Source: Bacilli bacterium (GTDB lineage: Bacteria > Bacillota_I > Bacilli_A > RFN20 > CAG-826). From it: a DNA stretch of 64,000 nucleotides. Under the pieces are notes generated by a model. The model saw only the letters and a list, made by a program, of their open reading frames with translations, had not been told where the DNA came from and did not search any database. Shown piece by piece: positions 49,877-56,090 of the stretch. The position numbers and the translations under genes were made by a program. Numbering within the stretch: position 1 is the stretch's first letter; each line of letters begins with the position of its first letter. Where the stretch lies: positions 65,791-129,790 of the forward strand of contig JAFVCC010000114.1 in NCBI GenBank assembly GCA_017479485.1, written 5' to 3'.

Positions 49877-50084
49877 TTCGCAAATCCGCCCCGTTTTGGC
49901 AAAACAATGTGACGGAACGCCGACAAAATAATGTGACGCGCAACACTTTTCGGGCGCTCGCGGAAGCTTCCCGGCGCGGCATAATGCGGATGGATGAAAT
50001 CGGACGAAAACGGATGGATTGTATCGGCCGACGACATTTGCTATAGAACTTTTTCGAAAATGACCTCATAACACGCGTTTTTGC

Positions 50085-50159
50085 TTTATGTTTCCCTTAG
50101 TTCCAAGCCCTAACACAGGGCATGTGGAGTCCATCGCTTCGCTGACGCGTAAGCAATAG
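50085..50159 (+). pseudogene. relic 3' end of a rumA/rlmD-like gene
   Basis: In-frame FMFPLVPSPNTGHVESIASLTRKQ* resembles the C-terminal DMFPHTMHVESVASL of the intact gene at 48544-48590. The DNA core is CATGTGGA(A/G)TCC(G/A)T(T/C)GC(G/T)TCGCT. Confidence 0.45.
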
Positions 50160-50270
50160 GCCGCGCTCCAATAAAACACCTAGGAAAATCATCTGGGGCA
50201 TATTGCTTTCTGAACATTTAGGGAAGTATATTATAGGTGGCCTGGGGGAAACCTCATGGGCTACCTGAGC

Positions 50271-50294
50271 GCCGACAGTTACGTCGGCTTTTTT
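50271..50294 (+). terminator. rho-independent terminator downstream of the relic rumA end
   Basis: GCCGAC-AGTTAC-GTCGGC followed by TTTTTT. Confidence 0.7.
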
Positions 50295-50412
50295 AGAGCC
50301 TTATTGCTGTTGGGCGACAGAATAAGCTGGTGAATAAGTTAGGACTATATCGAAAATAAAAGATAATGTTTAATATAATAGACATTAACTTAATTTTTTG
50401 TATACTATAGGC

Positions 50413-50862
50413 ATGGAAAGCAAATTTGAAATTGGCCAAAAACTTAAAAACAAAAGATTAGATCTTAATTTGAGAATGGATGATGTCGCTAAAAAAGTGG
50501 GCATAACTAGATCCACTTTGTGGTCCATAGAAAATGGAAATGGTAACTACACAATTGATACCCTTCTTAGATTATTAAACTTTTTAAATATGTCTATTGA
50601 TATTGGTGCCCAAGAGCAAGGCATTAGAAGAAGAGCTACGAGAACTAATAGTGTTTTAGACAAAAAGATTAATAGATTCATCGTTATGTGTGTTGAACAA
50701 TATGCATCTAGCGTTAATCAAAGTAGTAGAACCATTTATAACGAACTTAATAAAGCCGGCATTATTGATGAATTAAAAGATGATTATGAAGATATGCATG
50801 GCATGTCTACTTATTCATTAAACGAATACATTGATAAGAGATTACAAGGAGGCGCAGCATGA
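50413..50862 (+). CDS. XRE-family HTH protein with DUF3791-like C-terminal domain
   Basis: N-terminal IGQKLKNKRLDLNLRMDDVAKKVGITRSTLWSIENG. The C-terminal half (FIVMCVEQYA...IYNELNKAGIIDEL...YEDMHGMS) follows the DUF3791 pattern. The ATG at 50413 lies about 7 nt after a TATACT box, so the mRNA may be leaderless. Confidence 0.75.
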   Translation: MESKFEIGQKLKNKRLDLNLRMDDVAKKVGITRSTLWSIENGNGNYTIDTLLRLLNFLNMSIDIGAQEQGIRRRATRTNSVLDKKINRFIVMCVEQYASSVNQSSRTIYNELNKAGIIDELKDDYEDMHGMSTYSLNEYIDKRLQGGAA

Positions 50863-51341
50863 TTTTATATCACGGCTCAGATGTCGAAGTTAAAAATCCA
50901 AGAATTATTAAATCTGAAAAAGGAAGAGATTTTGGTTGCGCTTTTTATGTAACTCCTATTAAAGAACAAGCTGAAAGAATGGCCAAAAGAAAGCAGAGGA
51001 TGAACAAAAGCGGCTCCGCTATTGTTAGTGTTTTCGAATTTAATGAAAAAGAAATAAATAACCTAAGATACAAATCGTTTAAAAACCCAGATTTAGAATG
51101 GTTGGATATGATTATTGAATGTAGGACCAACCCTTCTTTTAATCATGGCTACGATATAGTAGAAGGAAAAATAGCGGATGATTCCGTTGGTGAAACAATT
51201 CTTTTTGTAATTGATGGCGTTATTAAAAAAGAAGATGCTCTTGAAAGATTAAAGTTTCAAAAGATTAATTCACAAGTGGCCTTTTGCAGTGAAGAATCAC
51301 TAAAAACAATTAGATTTATTAATAGCTATGAGGTCAAATAA
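50859..51341 (+). CDS. DUF3990 family protein
   Basis: 160 aa with the MILYHGS...RDFGCAFYVT...QAERMA pattern typical of DUF3990. AAGGAGG RBS and an ATGA overlap with the upstream gene. Confidence 0.75.
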   Translation: MILYHGSDVEVKNPRIIKSEKGRDFGCAFYVTPIKEQAERMAKRKQRMNKSGSAIVSVFEFNEKEINNLRYKSFKNPDLEWLDMIIECRTNPSFNHGYDIVEGKIADDSVGETILFVIDGVIKKEDALERLKFQKINSQVAFCSEESLKTIRFINSYEVK

Positions 51342-51556
51342 TGGAACACGTCCTTTCTAAAACTATTCTCATTTCTCAGACCATCGAACTTATTGCAAAA
51401 AAGTATAAGTTGAGCATTGAAGAAGCTAGAAATAGATTTTATCAATCTGACGTTGTTGAAATGTTGGATGATGATGAAACAGGCCTTTATGGTGAATCAG
51501 CATTATATTTATTGTCTTTATATGAAAACTATGAACTTAAAAATAAGAAAAAATGA
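51341..51556 (+). CDS. DUF3791-like small protein
   Basis: 71 aa, overlapping the upstream stop (TAATG). Helical, with a LYGESALYLLSLYE motif. Confidence 0.65.
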   Translation: MEHVLSKTILISQTIELIAKKYKLSIEEARNRFYQSDVVEMLDDDETGLYGESALYLLSLYENYELKNKKK

Positions 51557-51588
51557 TATATCTCTATTGTAGTATTGACACACGTCGA

Positions 51589-51865
51589 GACGGTCGTTCT
51601 GCTGTCAAGGAAATGAGGCTAAGGTGCTGAAAAGGGCTTGAAATCAAGGCATTTGAGGGTTTCAGTCGTCAGTGGGAATGTAGATAAATTTCCGCAGAGC
51701 GAGAGAGCAAAATCGAGGAAATCCGCTGCTGTAACTCTCGTTTCGCTATCAAGGGTAAAAATATGAGATTGAGGCTATCGGATTGTTGTCATTAGAGGGT
51801 TTTCGAGAGGTTGAAACTCTCGTTCTGCTGTCAAATCGGGCTGTAACTGTAGTTTCGCTGTCCGG
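51589..51865 (+). repeat. four imperfect copies of a ~22-nt motif (AACTCTCGTTCTGCTGTCAA-like)
   Basis: Copies at 51589-51610, 51731-55, 51813-37 and 51843-65. A fifth, weaker copy lies at 53083-53105, downstream of the kinase gene. Confidence 0.6.
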
Positions 51866-51883
51866 AACTTAGGAGGCATTTTC

Positions 51884-52921
51884 ATGTTTACAATCAATGT
51901 TGATGATATTAACAGCATCCTTCAGGATTATGAAATAACAATCAAATGTGTCTCTTTCAGCGAATTACAAAGATATCATTACGAAAAAGATGATCCAACC
52001 TCTAAGGAGGTTCGACTGATTATCAAAGCTGAACTGGAAGATTCTCATTCGCTTGTTATTCGATTTAAGAATGAATCGGATGCACCTATTGAGACGATAG
52101 AAGCTCAGAGCCGGTTTGCAGCTTTATTGAAGGCACATGGTATTCAAACGCCGAATGCCTATGCTTCAAAAGGGTTTTATGCTCGCCAATACCAAATAAA
52201 CGAATACGATGTAGTGGTTACGGTTGAGGATTTCGTTTGCGGGGAAATTCATCTTGTTAATGCCGAAATAGCGGAAAAGACCGGTAAGCTGCTTGCCAGA
52301 ATGCATAATATAGCTGAGACCGAGGATTTTCATGTTCAATCTGAGGTGCTGTTTAATCCGCTGAAAAGCAATGATCTATTTGATTTTGAAGCGTTTGCTG
52401 CAAACAAAAATAAACTTATTGAAATTGATGAGGATTTATATTGCAAAATCTGTCAGGAACATGAGCTGCTCCTACAAAAAATAACCGCTTTTGAAAAAGA
52501 TCCGAGTTACGCTGTTCAAGGTGATTTAAGTGATTGCAACCTTTATATGACCCGAACCGGGGAGATCGGCGTATTTGACTTTAACCGCTGCGGGGATAAT
52601 AACCTGTATTTTGATGCAGTAATGCAGGCTCTTTATATAGCTCGGCTGATGGATTATCCGGAAAAAATAGCCGGTAATCAGGAGCAGATGATCTTGAGGG
52701 CGTTTCTGAAAGGCTATCATCAGGAGCGTCCGTTTACAGAGCGGCAAAAAGAAGTGTATCCATATCTGTATGCGATCATATCTGCCTTTTGGCTGGGCGA
52801 TATGAAATTCAACAACGATAGTTTGGAAAATGCGATCAAAGAAGATGATTTCTCTGCGATTCATCATTGGATGGAGACGATCTTGGAGCGAGCTCGCTTA
52901 CGTCAGCTTATGCCAATATAA
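51884..52921 (+). CDS. phosphotransferase-family (APH/CotS/choline-kinase fold) protein
   Basis: 345 aa with an AGGAGG RBS. Brenner-like motif QGDLSDCNLY (Gln replaces the usual His) and a DFN metal-binding motif (GVFDFNRCG). Confidence 0.75.
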   Translation: MFTINVDDINSILQDYEITIKCVSFSELQRYHYEKDDPTSKEVRLIIKAELEDSHSLVIRFKNESDAPIETIEAQSRFAALLKAHGIQTPNAYASKGFYARQYQINEYDVVVTVEDFVCGEIHLVNAEIAEKTGKLLARMHNIAETEDFHVQSEVLFNPLKSNDLFDFEAFAANKNKLIEIDEDLYCKICQEHELLLQKITAFEKDPSYAVQGDLSDCNLYMTRTGEIGVFDFNRCGDNNLYFDAVMQALYIARLMDYPEKIAGNQEQMILRAFLKGYHQERPFTERQKEVYPYLYAIISAFWLGDMKFNNDSLENAIKEDDFSAIHHWMETILERARLRQLMPI

Positions 52922-53304
52922 TTACAGAATTACAACCACATAACACGGCTCTACACTGCCATCATCGGCGGCGGAGAACACGGTTCGGAGATATGTTTCT
53001 CTGAACGCACACAGGCGGTTGACTTATTTCCTTGAACGGTCGGGGCATATCAGATACGGATACGAGAGTCCCGAGGCATGTCGAGACTGTTGTAATGTTG
53101 CGCTTAAAAGATTCGAAAAAGTAGCGGTGTAATTATCTAAACTCACTCATTCAAAATTAGACAATAATCTCTATTCAAAAGCTCACTCTCAAAACTAATT
53201 AGATCTGTCTCTCACCCATAGATCTTTTTATTCCCCCACCAGACTACTTTCAAAGCCCTCAACCAAACACTTTCGTTCCACCGACCCACTCGCCAGCCAC
53301 CCTA

Positions 53305-53371
53305 AAAAAGACATAAAAAAGGGGGCTGTAACAAAAGCCCCCTAATCATCAGGAGGTTTTGTTACAGCCCC
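53305..53371 (-). terminator. rho-independent terminator of peptide gene P1
   Basis: A 15-nt perfect inverted repeat GGGGCTGTAACAAAA (53322-36) / TTTTGTTACAGCCCC (53357-71), followed on the minus strand by a T-run. Confidence 0.7.
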
Positions 53372-53434
53372 TTATTCATTTAACACAAATCTTAATAAAA
53401 TTTTTGCTCAGAGCTGTGAAAAGTATATATACCT

Positions 53435-53728
53435 TTACGAAATTGGCTTCTCACCAAAAATGTGGCCGCAACTTTTACACCTGCTAGCTATCCACCAAAT
53501 AATTCGTCCGTTTTGATCTGGCGCATCATATTTCCAGTTCGAAAGATAATCGCTATGGCAGTTTGGACATCTTTCGGTACAACCACCACCAGAAGTAGCT
53601 TCTAATTGCTCATCGGTGAGTTCAACACCTTCTTGTTTAGCAAGAGCGAGCATTTCTTCTTGATTCTTGCACGCCTTGACCTTGGCGATTTGCTCTTCAG
53701 TCAAGCCCTTAAGCAATTCTTCTCTCAT
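53435..53728 (-). CDS. Nif11-like double-glycine leader + zinc-ribbon core peptide, paralog P1 (97 aa)
   Basis: Leader MREELLKGLTEEQIAKVKACKNQEEMLALAKQEGVELTDEQLEATSGGG. Core CTERCPNC-x26-CKSCGHIFGEKPIS. ATG at 53728 with a GGGGGAA RBS. Confidence 0.8.
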   Translation of the reverse strand: MREELLKGLTEEQIAKVKACKNQEEMLALAKQEGVELTDEQLEATSGGGCTERCPNCHSDYLSNWKYDAPDQNGRIIWWIASRCKSCGHIFGEKPIS

Positions 53729-53956
53729 GAATATTTCCCCCAAATTTATTCCATTATATTCAACCGCTAACACAAATGCGACGTAAAAGGGGAAAGGCCC
53801 CCGAAGCGATAGACAAAAACTTCTATCTCAAATAATTAACACAGACAATTTACACACAATATAAATTAGATCTATCTCTAATGTGGACCCTTTCCTTGAT
53901 GCCACATCCAAGGCAATCGTTTGATATAATGAGTGTAAATAAGAAGTAATCCAAAT

Positions 53957-54256
53957 ATGAAAGAAGAATTACTTAAAGGCTTAAGCGAAGAACAAGTCGC
54001 CAAGGTTAAAGCATGTAAGAATCAAGAAGAGATACTTAAAGTTGCTAAAGAAGAAGGTCTTGAACTCACTGACGAACAATTAGAAGCCGTTTCTGGTGGC
54101 TGCACGGATAGAGAAGGTCTTATCTGCCCACACTGTGGTAAAAGTGATTACTATCAACGTCTATGGGGTAGCACATATGACACTTATGTTTGTAAAGGCT
54201 GTCATGAATGCTTTTATTACATTAAAGAAACAGGTCAAACAGCGAAACATTGTTAA
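53957..54256 (+). CDS. Nif11-like double-glycine leader + zinc-ribbon core peptide, paralog P2 (99 aa)
   Basis: Leader MKEELLKGLSEEQVAKVKACKNQEEILKVAKEEGLELTDEQLEAVSGG. Core CTDREGLICPHC-x18-CKGCHEC...HC. An extended -10 TGATATAAT lies upstream. Confidence 0.8.
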   Translation: MKEELLKGLSEEQVAKVKACKNQEEILKVAKEEGLELTDEQLEAVSGGCTDREGLICPHCGKSDYYQRLWGSTYDTYVCKGCHECFYYIKETGQTAKHC

Positions 54257-54361
54257 GGAATTTAATCCATCTATTTCTTTAATATCTATAACGGACAAAC
54301 CACTTACAACTTCAAAAAGATCATTAAACAAGTTTTAAACGATCAAAAATGCCAACTCAGA

Positions 54362-54616
54362 TTACAAGCTGAGGGTCTTTTCAAACAAAAGTCCCTTGGT
54401 TTTTTCCGAAACTATAGTGGAAAGTCGCTTGGAAATTTCCGAAATGAAATTAAAAAGTCGTTCGGAACACAATTCGGCCGCGAGATCCCTCACGGGCTTC
54501 ATCGGAGGGGTGAAGTAGCGTTTGAGGCAGGCGAGCTTGAAGTCTGTTGTATAGCGTTGGTATCCCATGGCCGAATCATCCGCGAAGGCGTCGTCGGTGT
54601 CAAAGAGGGAAATCAT
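54362..54616 (-). pseudogene. possible IS3-type transposase OrfA fragment
   Basis: The 84-aa ORF contains YQRYTTDFKLACLKRYF...VRDLAAEL, which resembles the HTH_Tnp_1 N-terminus. There is no catalytic part. Confidence 0.3.
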
Positions 54617-54826
54617 TCATGGATACTATTTTTCAACGTCTTCGGCTAGCTGATTTTGGTCATATCTTAGTGGCCCGCTCATACTTTTTGCCGAAGATGG
54701 CATACAGAAAGATGCCGCCTTTCAGAGCAAAATGGCTGACATACGGTGATACCGAGAGCCGTCGAGATGACGACTCTTTTCCCGCCGATAGCAGGGCATT
54801 TGGTTATCGTTAAGCTTAGGGAGCGC

Positions 54827-55387
54827 CTATTCTAGTGACGCCAAGTAGCGGATGATCCTTGCGGGATTGCCTGCCACGACGCAACTTTCGGGAACGTCTT
54901 TCGTGACGACCGACCCCGCGCCGATCACCGCCTTATTGCCGATGGTGACCCCGGGCAAGATGATCGCTCCGGCGCCGATCCAAACATCATCGCCGATCGT
55001 GACGTCAATGGGGATGTTGATCCCACCTCTACGGGCATCTGGTTCTACGGGGTGAGTGACGGAAAGGATCATGACTTTTGGGCCGAACTTGCAATGATCC
55101 CCGATCGTGATTTTTCCTGCGTCAAGGAAGACGCAGTCGAAATTGGCGAAGAAGCTCTTGCCGATATAGATGTTGGTCCCGTAATCGCAATGGAAGGGTG
55201 GCTTAATGAAGACGCCTTCGCCAACCTCGCCAAAAAGAGCGGAAAGGAGTTCTGCTCGGCGGGCTTGGTCTTCTTCGGAGGAGTTGTACAATTCGCAAGC
55301 GCGGCGGGTATCCGCCTTCATTTTCATGAGTTTTTCGTCGCTGCCGAAGTATTCCTCTCCTCTTAGCATCCTTTCTAGTTCGTCCAT
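54827..55387 (-). CDS. maa: maltose/galactoside O-acetyltransferase family (hexapeptide repeat)
   Basis: 186 aa with the N-terminal Mac domain (ERMLRGEEY...) and left-handed beta-helix repeats. An extended -10 TGGTATAAT lies upstream. Confidence 0.85.
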   Translation of the reverse strand: MDELERMLRGEEYFGSDEKLMKMKADTRRACELYNSSEEDQARRAELLSALFGEVGEGVFIKPPFHCDYGTNIYIGKSFFANFDCVFLDAGKITIGDHCKFGPKVMILSVTHPVEPDARRGGINIPIDVTIGDDVWIGAGAIILPGVTIGNKAVIGAGSVVTKDVPESCVVAGNPARIIRYLASLE

Positions 55388-55800
55388 TTAACGGTCCTCC
55401 CATTAGGCAACGTCTCCTCGCATTATACCAATCGCGCCTTCATTTCAGTATAACGGCAGAATAGAAAACGAAGCGGCTCTTGCGCAATTTTGGCCGTTTT
55501 TGCGCTTATATCCATATATATAATCGAGGGAGAGGATTTGCCTTAGTGAACGTAGAGGTCCTAAAGCATATTTTCAGTGCGTTAATTGAGGAATAAAGAA
55601 TTAATCACTCGGTTTTTGTTATTCGCCATATTCGAACCCTGGATAACGAATTTATAAGGTACATAAATATATTGATATAAGGATTAAGGGGCCTCAGGTG
55701 GCTTTCCGTTGACAAAAGGGGGCGGAAAAGTCCGTGGAAGCATGCATATATGTGTCGATATTTCCCCGATGATGCCGAGTTTTTCCAAATTGAGGGCTTG

Positions 55801-55818
55801 TATATATATATATATATA
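55801..55818. repeat. (TA)9 dinucleotide microsatellite
   Basis: tatatatatatatatata counted directly. TTGAGG lies at 55790-95, exactly 17 nt before the last TATATA. Confidence 0.95.
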
Positions 55819-56090
55819 GCTAAAATGGAGGGCCGTAAGGAGATTTGACCTAAAAAGGTTAAAGATACCTTATACGCCTGATAAGCGCATTGGGCGCGCA
55901 TAGGGCTGTAGAGGCCTCCTTTAAAAAGGTCCTCTTCTTCGCCGCATGCGCCTTTCTTGCGTTATGGGGCGTAGCACCGTCAGAGCCGTAGACCGTCCGG
56001 ACTAGATTTCCATGAGAGGCGCGGTAGGGCGGGAAGTTGTTCATAAAGGCCCCCGCTATCTAGAGCGGAGAGCATCGAAGGGAGACGAAA

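Larger units (their letters stand above)
49618..50035. mobile_element. TIR-bounded non-autonomous element 2 (~418 bp), tandem to element 1
   Basis: The first ~172 nt are about 90% identical to 48618-48792, exactly 1000 nt downstream of them. The right end (49978-50035) is an inverted, diverged copy of the left end. Confidence 0.4.

Noticed and set aside
49449-50037. Two minus-strand small ORFs with similar N-termini (MSLAESNHPVLHKVAHPNYAAS... and MSSADTIHPFSSDFIHPHYAAP...), considered as a small protein family.
   Set aside because: - The similarity is explained by the nucleotide-level inverted-repeat ends of the two elements.
- One ORF reads straight through a 12-bp perfect hairpin.
- Neither has an RBS.
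- Translation cannot be excluded, but it is not supportable from sequence.
51589-51865. Whether the repeated ~22-nt motifs upstream of the kinase gene are a CRISPR array.
   Set aside because: - The repeats are imperfect and their spacing is irregular (about 140, 80 and 30 nt).
- There are only four copies.
- No cas genes are present.
55620-55645. A GGTTCGAAT T-loop-like sequence on the minus strand, suggesting a tRNA.
   Set aside because: - The flanking bases do not form a T-stem (CCAGG vs TATGG pairs poorly).
- No acceptor, D or anticodon arms can be drawn.
- I found no convincing tRNA anywhere in the window.
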